Below, piece after piece: positions 53,638 through 63,918 of a DNA stretch of 64,000 nt (position 1 is its first letter; each line of letters begins with the position of its first letter). This DNA comes from an uncultured delta proteobacterium. GTDB taxonomy: Bacteria > Desulfobacterota > Binatia > UBA9968. The stretch is taken from assembly GCA_963760795.1 (NCBI GenBank), contig CAVXEP010000016.1, forward strand, positions 128,001 through 192,000, given 5' to 3'. The position numbers and the translations under genes were made by a program. The notes beneath the pieces were generated by a model. It was not told where the DNA came from. It saw only the letters and a list, made by a program, of their open reading frames with translations, and ran no database searches.

Positions 53638-54621
53638 ATGGGATTACTGATTCGAGCGACACTATTGTCGCTGCTGTTGCTGCCCCGGTATTCACCCGCC
53701 CAGGCCAAGATCACCATCGCCTATATCTCCGACTCGCCGAGCTCATCGGTGCCCCAGTGGATCGCCAAGGAAACCGGGATATTCAAAAAGTATGGGCTGG
53801 ACATCGATCTGGTATTTATCGACGGCAGCACCCGCGGTATTCAAGCGCTCTTGGCCGGCGATCTCGGCTTCACCGAAGCGGTGGGTACCTCGGCGATCAA
53901 CGGCAAGATCGCCGGCGGCAACATTGCCATCATCAACGGCGTGGTCAACACGCTGCCTTACTACATCATCGGCAATCCGGCGATCAAATCGCGCGACGAT
54001 CTCAAAGGCCGCATCGCGGCAGTGCATATACCGGGCACGGCGGCCGACTTTGCCTTGCGGCTGGCGCTTAAGGGCATCAACTTGCCGTACAATCAGATCA
54101 AAGCGATCACCGTCGGCGGCGGGCCGGCGCGCATCGGCGCCTTGATCAACGGCCAGGCGGAATTCACCATCGTCAGCGACGCCGAGAGAATTCAAGGCGA
54201 ACGGGTTGGCCAGAAAGTCATCATCGATATCGCCGAACTCAAAGTGCCGTTTCAATTTACCTGCACTGTCACTTCGCTCAAAATGATTCGCGAGCAGCCT
54301 GACACCGTGCGGCGCATGGTCGAAGCGATCGCCGCCGGGATTCATTTCTTTAAGAACAACAAGGAAGAGACGATTAAGATCTTGAGTAAATACACGCGCG
54401 GCGCCGATCGCACGATCCTCGAAGGCGCCTACACGGCTTACAACAAACTATTCGTCGAAGACACCTATCCGACGATTGAAGGCTTGCGCAACACGCTGGA
54501 GATCCAGTCGTCCTGGGATCCCAAGGTCGCCAAGGCTAAAGCCGAGGATTTCGTCGACCTGCGTTTCGTCGATCAGATGCGCAGCAGCGGCTTTATCGAC
54601 AAGCTTTATGGCCGTAGATAG
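53638..54621 (+). CDS. ABC substrate-binding protein, NMT1/THI5/SsuA-like
   Basis: Signal peptide; WIAKETGIFKKYGLD, ALLAGDL and FVDLRFVDQMRSSGFI motifs. Confidence 0.9.
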   Translation: MGLLIRATLLSLLLLPRYSPAQAKITIAYISDSPSSSVPQWIAKETGIFKKYGLDIDLVFIDGSTRGIQALLAGDLGFTEAVGTSAINGKIAGGNIAIINGVVNTLPYYIIGNPAIKSRDDLKGRIAAVHIPGTAADFALRLALKGINLPYNQIKAITVGGGPARIGALINGQAEFTIVSDAERIQGERVGQKVIIDIAELKVPFQFTCTVTSLKMIREQPDTVRRMVEAIAAGIHFFKNNKEETIKILSKYTRGADRTILEGAYTAYNKLFVEDTYPTIEGLRNTLEIQSSWDPKVAKAKAEDFVDLRFVDQMRSSGFIDKLYGRR

Positions 54622-54641
54622 TCAATTAGGATTCGGAGTGT

Positions 54642-54862
54642 CAACCACAAAGTCTGTCCTGAGCGAATGCGAAGGAACTGGAGCCGCACAAAGGGCGCAA
54701 AAAAATCCCAAGATGAAATCCCAGTGTAGGGGCGTATGGCATACGCCCTGGGGTAGTGGAGTGGCAATCGCGTGGCGCCAAGATTTGCGTTCTAGATTTT
54801 GCCGAACTTCGTGCTCGTAGCGTGTGGTGACGTAAAGTCCAACGCATGTCCTTCGTGATGAA
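54642..54862. repeat. Nested intergenic repeat cluster
   Basis: accacaaag-[tgtcctgagcgaatgcgaagga]-cacaaagggcgcaaa; gtaggggcgtatggcatacgccc; cttcgtgctc...tccttcgtgatg. Confidence 0.7.
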
Positions 54863-54888
54863 CAAGTCTTTCGCGTTAGGAGTGGAAA

Positions 54889-56014
54889 ATGACATCTAGG
54901 CTGTAGAATCTACACGGTAGCTACGGCGATTGTTTTCTTCGTTTCTCTGACGGCTGGCGTCGCCGTGGCGCAGAGCGATTGGAAGAAAGACTGGGAGCGG
55001 GTCCAGCAAGACGCGAAGAAAGAGGGTGCCATCGTCGTCGGCATCCCGGCGCGGGCCGAACTGAGGAAACAAATGGAGGCGGTGTTCAAACCCAAATTCG
55101 GCATCGACATGGATCTGTCGACGGCGCGCGGACCGCAAAACGCCAGCCGCATCGCCGCGGAATACGCCGCCGGGGTGAAAAACTTCGATGTCTTTATCGG
55201 CGGCAGCGGCACATTTGAGTCGTTGGTCGAGGGCGGCATGGTCGAACCGTTAGATGCGCTGATGCTTCTGCCCGAAGTCAAAGAGGCCAAGCAGTGGTGG
55301 GGCGGCCATATCTGGGAAGATAACTTGAGCGGCAACCGCCATCTCTATTCATTCATCGCCGAAGCCGGCACCGGCGGCCTGTGGTTTAACACCGAAGCAG
55401 CGAAGCCCAACGAGCTGCGTTCCTTTGACGATCTGCTGAACCCCAAGTGGAAAGGCAAGATCGGCTTTCTCGACCCGCGCACACCCGGCTCGGGTCAGTC
55501 GGTGTGGTCTTATTTGTGGGATAAAAAAGGTGAGCCCTTTTTGCGCAAACTCTTGCAGCAAGATCTGTTCATCAGCCGTGACCAGCGCCAATTGGGCGAC
55601 GCCCTGGCCAAAGGCAAAGTCGCGATTGCCCTCGGCGTAAGCTTCTACACTCTCGAAGGTTTCATCGTCGCCAATTTGCCGGTGAAGGAGTTGCCGACAC
55701 CGAAGGAAGGCTTGCCGTCGAGCAACGGCTCAGGCGTCATCGGCGTCGTCAAAAACGCGCCCCACCCCAACGCGGCGCGGCTGTTCGTCAACTGGCTGCT
55801 GTCCAAGGAAGGCCAGGAGTTATACGTGAAAGCTATGCACCAATCGACCCGCCGCCTCGATGTCGACACCAAATGGCTGCGCGAACACGGCGTGCGCGCC
55901 GCCAAGGACAACATGACCGTGGATCAATATCACAAGGCGAGAAATCACTTGGAAGACAAATATACGCGGGTACGGATTCCGGCAGGGAAGTTCGCCGAGG
56001 AAATTCTCAAATGA
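54889..56014 (+). CDS. ABC substrate-binding protein, AfuA/FbpA/thiamine-like; frameshift after ATG
   Basis: AKKEG, DLLNPKWKGKI and KNAPHPNAARLFVNWLLSKEGQ motifs; AGGAG RBS, ATG 54889 one base off the signal-peptide frame. Confidence 0.88.
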
Positions 56015-56170
56015 GTTCAAAGCTCAAGCGTTCAAGGTTTCAAGTATCCTGTTTATTGCACTTTGAGCTCTTTAACTTCTCATAAAAACTGACCTTTGGC
56101 ATTTGCAGTATCTGCTGCTTTAGATAGGTCGCGATCCCCACAGCTTTCAAGACATTCGGGAACAAACGGC

Positions 56171-57516
56171 TCAAAGGTCCTGAATCTTTCGATTCGCCGG
56201 CGCGGTTTCCAATATTTCGTCGAACTTTCGGGTGATCTCGCGCAACTTGTCCAGGCTGGGGGAATCCGCCAGCGGGAGAGCATCCTCACCGTGGCGGTCC
56301 ATCGCGGCCAAGACCTTGGTTACCGTCAGCTGGTCGAGCGGGCAGCCCGGCTGATAGGCGACCATCTCACTGTCGCTGGCACGAATCTCCGCAAGAATTC
56401 TGGCTTCCGTCAGCTCGAGAAGAGTGGAACGAACTAAACGGATGGGGATTTCCAATTCCTGGGCGATGTCCTCGGCGGTCGGCGCGCTTTGCGCCTGGAC
56501 AAACGCCTTGACGCAATGATGCGGTGATGAACAGGGCCACCGTGCGTTTGAACCGATTGCTGAGACTGGCGCAGTCGGCGGCGAACTCATAGGCAGGCGA
56601 CATTCTGATGGGCAAAGGAGACTTCGGCGCCGAACAGAACGATCAGCCAGCTCAATTGCAGCCACACCAGAAACAGCGGCAACGCCGCGAAACTGCCGTA
56701 GATCGCGCCGTACCCGGAGACACCGACTTGGAATTTGATGTAGGTAAACTGCGTCAGTTGATAGATCGTCCCGGCGAGAACCCCGCCCCAGATGGCGGAT
56801 TTTAGCTGCACTTTGGTGTTCGGCATGAAAACATACATGAAGGTGAATAAAAACCAGATCACGGTATAGGGCAAAAACTTGATGAGAATAATGATTATGC
56901 CGCCGGCATAACCGAGGAAGGCGAGCCCTTCGACCATCGTGGTAATTTGCGTGGTCACTAACAGGGTCACGCTGCTGGCGATAATCAACAGCACCGGACA
57001 GATAATCATCACCGATAAATAATCGGCAAGCTTGCGGCCCAAGGCGCGCGCCCTGGCGATGCCCCAAATATCGTTGAGAGCGCTTTCAATGTTGCCTAAG
57101 ACTTTTATCACCGACCAAAACAACACCGCCACACCGACGCCGGCGATGGCGCCGCCCTTGGTGTTCTCCAACAGGGTGCGGGCAAAGCCGAGCAGGCGGT
57201 CGGCGACTTCGGGCTGCCCCTCCAGTTTGGCGAGCAGCTGCGCCTCGAGTATTTTCTCCAGGCCGAATCCCTTTGCGACGCCGAAAGCCATCGCGACCAC
57301 GGGCACGATCGACAGCAAGGTGTAAAAGGTCAGCGCCGAGGCACGCAATTCACACTTGTTGTCGAAGAATCGGCGGCTCGCCAGCAGCAGGATCCGTAAC
57401 GGGTTGATATAAAGTTGTTTTCGCCGATCTAATTTACGCCCATGGATGCGCCAAATATCGCTTTTGAGAAATTGCCTCGAGGCGGAAATTTTGTCGCGCA
57501 GTGTGCTTTCCGGCAT
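56171..57516 (-). CDS. YihY/BrkB family membrane protein with C-terminal Rrf2-type HTH; frameshifts near 56540-56600
   Basis: ASALTFYTLLSIVP, IESALNDIW and IYGSFAALPLFLVWLQLSW motifs; tail IAQELEIPIRLVRSTLLELTEARIL. Confidence 0.9.
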
Positions 57517-57594
57517 AGCCTCCTTCGATTCCGTTCAAAGGTTCAAGCGTTCAAGGTTCAACGTTTTCGGAATCGGATTGAACTTATTGAACAA

Positions 57595-58725
57595 TTATTT
57601 GAGCGCCGGCATCGCACTCTTGACCCCTGTCTTGGCCAATTCATCGTCATAGTGCCTGCGAATATGCGGATCTTCGTCGGCGTACTCGATCAAGGTTCCG
57701 CCTTGTTTGACGTCGATATAGACGCCGTCTTCGCTGCGTTTGTCGGCGATCTTGAAACCGATGGGGTGGATGCGACTGCCGTAACGGAGCGCCAAGTGGC
57801 GCGCGGGATCGGCGCCGGTGTTGAAGTGTTGATGGAACCATCCGCCGCCGGGGCAGTAGACGCTGCCGGCTTTCCATTTGACCTCGACCACTTCATCGCC
57901 ATGGCCGTTCTCGAAGGGGTGCGTGCCCGCCTCTTTTGACCAAAGCAGGACGTAGCCGGATGACTGCAAGCCTAAGAGAATCGCGCCGGCGCCGTGATAG
58001 TGCGCTTTGTGATAGCGCGCGGCGGGCCAGGTGGCTAGATGGCCGATCAAACTATTACCGGCGATTTCGAACTGGGTGATGCCGACGCCGGCGCCTTTGA
58101 CTTCGCGGCTGTCGACGTTGGCGGTTTGGATGTCGCTGATAAAGTTGGTCTCCCAGATATGCTGCATGCCGGCCTCGTAGCGCTTGAGACCTTGATTGAA
58201 ATAGCCGTCGTCGGCGGCGTAACGGTCGGCGAAATTATACGGACAGTTAAAAATAAAATCTTCGTTGTGGACGATGTCCATGACCAGCGGCGCGTTGCTC
58301 ACCGACAAGTATTTCACCGGCGTCCGGCCGCCATTGATCAAGCGGTGCCAAGTATTGAGCGGCGGTGCGAACAGGCTCCAGGGGCCCCACTCGAACATCA
58401 GCTTCTTGCCGCCGTCCTGCCAGACCTCCGTGGCGCCTTGGCCTTCGAGGATAACCATCACTTCTTCATAGAAGTGCTTCTCCGGCTTCAACGCGCCGCC
58501 GGCGGGGATCTCGCCGACATACATGCCGGTGACGCCTTCCATGCCGTAGAGATTTAAGAACGCCGCTTTGCCACCGGTGCGCGACCAAGGAGCCATGGCG
58601 ACATCGCGCACATCTTCGACGCCATAACCGTCGACCACCGGGATGGCTTCCTTGGCCATCCAGCGAAAGTAAGTGGTCTTACGAAAGGCCGCCATCAAAG
58701 CTTCGATACGTGGGTTCTGTGCCAT
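57595..58725 (-). CDS. Bicupin protein
   Basis: EKHFYEE...FAPPLNTWH and YHKAHYHG...GGWFHQHFN cupin motifs. Confidence 0.82.
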   Translation of the reverse strand: MAQNPRIEALMAAFRKTTYFRWMAKEAIPVVDGYGVEDVRDVAMAPWSRTGGKAAFLNLYGMEGVTGMYVGEIPAGGALKPEKHFYEEVMVILEGQGATEVWQDGGKKLMFEWGPWSLFAPPLNTWHRLINGGRTPVKYLSVSNAPLVMDIVHNEDFIFNCPYNFADRYAADDGYFNQGLKRYEAGMQHIWETNFISDIQTANVDSREVKGAGVGITQFEIAGNSLIGHLATWPAARYHKAHYHGAGAILLGLQSSGYVLLWSKEAGTHPFENGHGDEVVEVKWKAGSVYCPGGGWFHQHFNTGADPARHLALRYGSRIHPIGFKIADKRSEDGVYIDVKQGGTLIEYADEDPHIRRHYDDELAKTGVKSAMPALK

Positions 58726-58864
58726 GTGAAGAATCACTCCCGATTACTGAATTGTTCGTCGAACTCGACCTTTAGCACGATTTGGCAAAGCGCAGGAAGT
58801 CTTGGAGCGCGGAAATTCGCGGGCGGATTTCTCGTCGCACGCAAAGCATGTTAAGATTTGGCCG

Positions 58865-59389
58865 ATGAAGTTGTTGCGCAATCTCGGCCTGGTCCTAACG
58901 CTGATGACGCTCGCAGGCTGTTCTCATCCGATGACCATGAGATCGCCTGAGGGCGTGACCTACGACGGACGTTACCGTTTCGGCCGCGATGACAGCGGTC
59001 TTATGCAAATTCATGGGCCGGAAAATGAAGTGCTGCTGGGCCGCTTCGACCGAGTCGGCCGGACGGCATTTGTCGAGAACTATCAGAAAGCCTTCGGCCG
59101 CGGCACCATCGAGATTGACGGCCCCGACCTGTCGCGCCATGTCGGAAGTCTAGGCGGGGTGATTGGACCTACCTCAGGCTTTCATGAAACCGCTTTTGCC
59201 GATCCGGCCGCGGCCGCCGAGGGACGGCCGAGCAAGTCGATCACCGGGCCGCTGTTTTACTGGGTCGCCTCCCTGCAAGGCGACCGGCGCACCGTGCTCG
59301 GCTGCTTTCTCATCGGCTCGTCGTACACCGGCAGCGGTTTCGGCCGCTGTAAAAGCCAGAGCGGCCAAGAGTACGACATCGATTTTTGA
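58865..59389 (+). CDS. Hypothetical lipoprotein
   Basis: MKLLRNLGLVLTLMTLAG-C lipobox; C-terminal C...GFGRC. Confidence 0.7.
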   Translation: MKLLRNLGLVLTLMTLAGCSHPMTMRSPEGVTYDGRYRFGRDDSGLMQIHGPENEVLLGRFDRVGRTAFVENYQKAFGRGTIEIDGPDLSRHVGSLGGVIGPTSGFHETAFADPAAAAEGRPSKSITGPLFYWVASLQGDRRTVLGCFLIGSSYTGSGFGRCKSQSGQEYDIDF

Positions 59390-59455
59390 CTATTCGTTTT
59401 CGCTGCCGGTTCCCATCAGCGCGATACCGTCGGTCTACTTGCAAGACATAATCTC

Positions 59456-60445
59456 ATGACGTCAAATCTCAAGTTCGGTCTGCTGCTGCCCCATTTCGGC
59501 GCCCATATGTCGGTTGCCGACTGCCTTGAGGGCGCGCGGCGCGCCGAGGCGTACGGTTTCGATTCGGTGTGGGTGCGCGATCACTTGGTTTTCAAACCGC
59601 ACGCCGGCGAAGGCGGCGATCCGAGTCATCTGGAATGCCTGATGCTGCTCGCAGCATTGGCGCCGGTGACGACCAAATTGCAATTCGGCACCGCCATGGC
59701 GATTTGCCATCGCCATCCGATTCACCTGGCGCAATCCTGCGCCGGGTTAAGCGAAATCTCCAAAGGACGATTTATTCTAGGCCTTGGTTTAGGCGGCTTT
59801 CCCCATGAGTTTGCCGCCGCCGGGCGACCGAGTTCGCTTACCGAGCGCGCCGAGCTGGCACGGATCAATATCGAAATCTGCCGAACGTTGTGGCGCGGCG
59901 AAACGGTTTCCCATCGCAGCGCTTATTTTGAATTCAAAGATGTCGCCCTCAAGCCACGTCCTGACAAATCCATTCCCATCTGGATCGGCGGTAGCACGCC
60001 CGCGGCATGCCGCCGTGCCGTGGCGCTGGGCGATGGCTGGATGCCGGCGCGGATCAATTACCCGACGTTCGGCAAACGGATCGAATACCTGCGATCGCTC
60101 TGTGCCGAGGCGGGCCGGCCGATGATTGAAACCGCGGTGATGCCATTTACCACCATCGGCAAAGATGTCGAGAACGCGCTGCGCGGCATTGACGTCAAAG
60201 GCTTGTTGGATGAAGCGCATAATTCCTCCACCTGGGTAAAACCGGCGTCGGGCAAATTTGAAACCCGCGAAGACCTGGGCGGTGTGCTGATCGCCGGCTC
60301 GCCCGCCGACATCGTGCGCGAAAGCGCAACCTATGAAGCCGCCGGCGCCAATCACATCGTCTACGACTTGCGCCTGCGCTTTAACGACTGGTACGAGCAG
60401 ATCGATTTGTTGGGAAAAGAAGTGCTGCCGGCACTGCGCTCTTAA
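59456..60445 (+). CDS. LLM class flavin-dependent oxidoreductase
   Basis: AEAYGFDSVWVRDH, SKGRFILGLG, PIWIGG and GDGW motifs. Confidence 0.92.
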   Translation: MTSNLKFGLLLPHFGAHMSVADCLEGARRAEAYGFDSVWVRDHLVFKPHAGEGGDPSHLECLMLLAALAPVTTKLQFGTAMAICHRHPIHLAQSCAGLSEISKGRFILGLGLGGFPHEFAAAGRPSSLTERAELARINIEICRTLWRGETVSHRSAYFEFKDVALKPRPDKSIPIWIGGSTPAACRRAVALGDGWMPARINYPTFGKRIEYLRSLCAEAGRPMIETAVMPFTTIGKDVENALRGIDVKGLLDEAHNSSTWVKPASGKFETREDLGGVLIAGSPADIVRESATYEAAGANHIVYDLRLRFNDWYEQIDLLGKEVLPALRS

Positions 60446-60448
60446 GAC

Positions 60449-60519
60449 GTAAGGTGTGAAGGGTGAGGGGTAAGGGGTTTCGGACCGGACGCTTTACCCT
60501 TTACGCTTCACCCTTCACC
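60449..60519. repeat. 7-mer periodic inverted repeat (GT(G/A)AGGG / CCCTT(C/T)AC) between convergent genes
   Basis: gtaaggtgtgaagggtgaggggtaagggg ... ctttaccctttacgcttcacccttcacc. Confidence 0.75.
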
Positions 60520-61846
60520 TATGTTTCCTACCGACGGCACAGTGAAACGGTTCTGAGATAAAAAACGTGCCTTCGGCATTGGCCCGTTCCAGAGCGGCAC
60601 GCCATTCCGTGAGTTCGTCAGGATTGAGTAACGCGACGATGCGCTCGTGCAGGTAGTCTAATCTTTCGCCATCCTTGTGACTCGCCCATTGCGGCAGCAT
60701 CGCGACATCCTTTAGTCCCGCCTCATTCATGCGCCGGTAGAGACTGGCGTCGGCGCAGCCTTTGTCGGTGACGTTACCGCCAAAAAGCGTTGCCGACTCG
60801 ACCTTGGCTTTAAGTTGCGGCCCTAAAGGTAGATTCACCCAACGTGGCAGATCAGTGGAGCGGGTGACACTGCCGACTTTGCCGCCCGGTTTGGTGACCC
60901 GGACGAATTCACTGAGCATGCGATCGGCATCGCCTTCTTCCATCACGGTGCAAGAAATGGTGCGATCAAATCGGTTGTCCGCGAATGGTAGTTGGGTGGC
61001 GTCGCCAGGGTGGAATTCGATATAACCCTCCAACCCTTCGCGCTTGGCCAACGCCGCCGCCTCGCCCATGAGATAACGATTTACATCGGCGGCGACGATC
61101 GGATTGGCCCCACGGGTGCGGGCAGCGAGACGACGAACGATGGCGCCGGGACCGCAGCCGACTTCGAGAATCGAATGTCCCGGTCTAAGATTCAATTCAT
61201 GGAACAGTTGATCGATGACACGCATGTAGCTCGACTGCGCTCTGGTTTCGAGATGGGCGACCATGCCGAGATGAGCGCCGCCCAAGGTAATGACGCAGAA
61301 GTTTTCGCTCAGTGGCTTGACGAGCGGTTGCCACTGGGAAGGCGAGAGCGCCAGCGGCATGAGCAACAACGGCTCGCCGCTGCCATGACAGGAATAGGTG
61401 ATGCCGTCGCATTCGCCGAACCGGGACGATAAGTTTGCGATTCGCTGTGAATCGCCGAGAGCGTTGGTCTCGATAAATTCCCTCATCGCACTACCGATGG
61501 CGTCGCGCCGATCGCCAATCGGGTCGGCCCAAGGCGGGCTAAAGTAGTTCTCTAGAATCAGCGACCGCGCACCGGCGATCTTTTTCGCATCTCTGATCGC
61601 GTCGAGGCCGCCGCGCCCCTTGTCGCCGGTGACGATAAAGATCGGCGGTGGGCTGGTGACCAAGGGCGCCAGTTCGATGCCCATCGGGCACATCAGCGTG
61701 AGCGACGCGACCGTGTTTTTGTGACGGGTAAGCAGTCCCACCCAGTCCCGCGGCATGCAGGCGGCGAAATGAGCACGCTCGATGCCGAGGTGACGCATGA
61801 GCTCGATTAGGCGATCTTCGAGGGGAGCGTCGGTTAAGTTCGTCAT
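60515..61846 (-). CDS. Class I SAM methyltransferase with N-terminal degenerate alpha/beta-hydrolase-like region
   Basis: ILEVGCGPG, GDATQLPFADNRFD and RVTKPGG motifs; N-terminal LMRHLGIERAHF and YSCHGSGEPLLL segments. Confidence 0.85.
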   Translation of the reverse strand: MTNLTDAPLEDRLIELMRHLGIERAHFAACMPRDWVGLLTRHKNTVASLTLMCPMGIELAPLVTSPPPIFIVTGDKGRGGLDAIRDAKKIAGARSLILENYFSPPWADPIGDRRDAIGSAMREFIETNALGDSQRIANLSSRFGECDGITYSCHGSGEPLLLMPLALSPSQWQPLVKPLSENFCVITLGGAHLGMVAHLETRAQSSYMRVIDQLFHELNLRPGHSILEVGCGPGAIVRRLAARTRGANPIVAADVNRYLMGEAAALAKREGLEGYIEFHPGDATQLPFADNRFDRTISCTVMEEGDADRMLSEFVRVTKPGGKVGSVTRSTDLPRWVNLPLGPQLKAKVESATLFGGNVTDKGCADASLYRRMNEAGLKDVAMLPQWASHKDGERLDYLHERIVALLNPDELTEWRAALERANAEGTFFISEPFHCAVGRKHR

Positions 61847-61905
61847 GAAAAGTAGTCTCCTACGGTGCGATTCTTCTAGCAGGTCGCCGAAAAAGCTTCT
61901 CGGAA

Positions 61906-61986
61906 TCCTTCGACGTGACTCAGGACGAATGGAGGGGATTTGAAATCATCGATGATTTTTCGCTCATGCTGAGGTACTCGAAGCAT
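61906..61986. repeat. REP-like doublet (CTTCGAC...CTCAGGACG / CATGCTGAG...TCGAAG)
   Basis: tccttcgacgtgactcaggacgaatgg ... gctcatgctgaggtactcgaagca. Confidence 0.7.
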
Positions 61987-62126
61987 TCCGACTCTTCTTT
62001 ACGCAGGTTGCTAGCCTCTCTTTAGCTCGACCTTCAGCGCTAATACAACTCATCGCTGAACCTGTTTTTCTTAACTCGCTATGCTATTGATCTAGTGAAG
62101 CGAGGAATTGGCCGATTAAATCTCCA

Positions 62127-62825
62127 TTGCTCAATATCGGTTTCGTCAGCCCCGGACCGGCGACCTGGCCGCATTATGATGGCTTCATGCAGCTGGTGCC
62201 GGACTTTGTGCAGTTCGATTTTCAAGGCTTGGGGCTATTCGGCCAATCGCTTTACGAAATCATCGGCAAGAAACAGGAAGTCGTGCGCCGGGTCAGTGAA
62301 CTTGCCACTGCAAAGAAATGGCATGCGGTCATTCTCATCGGCGCGCCGACCGAGGTGATGAACCCTGGACTGTTCGTGGAACTAAAAGCGGCTCTGCAAA
62401 TCCCCGTGACCACCGCTCTGACGGCGTCGGTGCATGCGTTGCAACAGTACGACGCCAAGCGTTTACTGCTGCTGACGCCATTCGAGACCCGGCTGAACGG
62501 CATGATCGAAGAATATTTGACCGACGTCGGCTTCTCGGTGCGCGCGCCAAAGTCATTCGCCAACATCGGCGAGGCCGGCCGTTTGGGGCCGGAAGCGGTT
62601 TATGATCTCACCAAACAGGCGTTGGCCGAAGTCGGCTCTGTCGATGCCATATACTTTCAAGGCGCCGTGCTCGATCCATTGCCGGTGTTGCAACAGATCG
62701 AAGACGATCTAAAGATCACCGCCATCGCCAGCAATCCGGCGATGCTCTGGGAAATACTTTCACAATTGGGCCGCCGCGCGCCGATCCAAGGTTACGGCAA
62801 ACTGCTCGCCGAGTGGCCGAGCTAG
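62127..62825 (+). CDS. Asp/Glu racemase / maleate isomerase / AMDase superfamily protein lacking catalytic Cys
   Basis: PVTTA, LLTPF, VDAIYFQGA and IEDDL...ASNPAMLW fold motifs; TTG start. Confidence 0.8.
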   Translation: MLNIGFVSPGPATWPHYDGFMQLVPDFVQFDFQGLGLFGQSLYEIIGKKQEVVRRVSELATAKKWHAVILIGAPTEVMNPGLFVELKAALQIPVTTALTASVHALQQYDAKRLLLLTPFETRLNGMIEEYLTDVGFSVRAPKSFANIGEAGRLGPEAVYDLTKQALAEVGSVDAIYFQGAVLDPLPVLQQIEDDLKITAIASNPAMLWEILSQLGRRAPIQGYGKLLAEWPS

Positions 62826-62831
62826 GCGACT

Positions 62832-63918
62832 ATGAAGTCAGATTCATATTCACCACGAAGGACATGGTTCGACTACGCTCACCACAGGCTACGGTCACGA
62901 AGTTTTCGGACAAGTAATTTTCCGACCTTCGTGCTCTTCGTGTCCTTCGTGGTGAATGCGTTCTTCATCAGCCCGCCAGAATACGCCCAAGCGATGGACA
63001 AGATTCGCCTCGGCATGGGCGCTTTTAGCCCGAGCAATAGCGCCATATGGGTAGCTGAGGAGCGCGGTTTTTTCAAAAAGCATGGTCTCGACGTCGAGGC
63101 GATCTTCATCGGCGGTGGGGCGGCGCGCGGCATTAACGCCTTATTGGCGGGCGATATTCAGTTCGCCAGCGCCAGCGGCGGGCCGGTGATTAGCTCCATG
63201 CTCAAGGGCGTCGATGTGGTGATGATCGCCGCGCTCAACAACAAAGGCGTGCATCGGCTACTCGTGCGGCCGGATGTCGATACGCCGGAGGCCTTAAAGG
63301 GCAAGCGCATCGCCATTACCGCCTTTGGCACCGCATCCCATACGGTTCTGACGCTCTTGCTCAATCATTGGAACCTGCGCCAGGAGGAGTTGAACGTCTT
63401 GCAGATCGGTTCATCACCGACCATGCTGGTGAGCTTGCAAAAGAAAGTCGTCGACGGCGCGGTGCTGACCGATCCGTCCTATTTCATCGCCGAAGACAAT
63501 GGCTTCCGCGTTTTGGCCGATCTCGCCAAGATGAACATTCACTATCTGCAAAGCATGCTGGTGTCGACGCGCGGCTACCTGCGCGGCAACCGTGATCAGG
63601 CGACTCGATTGATGCGCGCCTACGTCGAGGGGATCGCCTATTTCAAGCGCAACAAGAAGGAAAGCATCCGCATCATCCTGAAGAAAATGCGCATGGAGGC
63701 GGACAAGGAGAAGTACGCCGAGCGCACCTACGACCAGTACGCCAACACCTATTTCGATCGTGTGCCCTATCCCTCCTTGGGCGGCATTCGCACCGTGCTC
63801 GACTCCATCGCCAAGGAGTTTCCCAAAGCTAAGGTCTGCCGACCCGGCGTCGTTCAGCGATCCAAGTATTTTGAAGTCGCTGGAAGACAGCGGCTTCATC
63901 AAAAGTCTGTACGAATAA
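62832..63918 (+). CDS. ABC substrate-binding protein, NMT1/THI5/SsuA-like; frameshift near 63838
   Basis: AQA-MDKIRLG, WVAEERGFFKKHGLDVE and ALLAGDIQF motifs; expected tail DPSILKSLEDSGFIKSLYE* in another frame. Confidence 0.88.
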
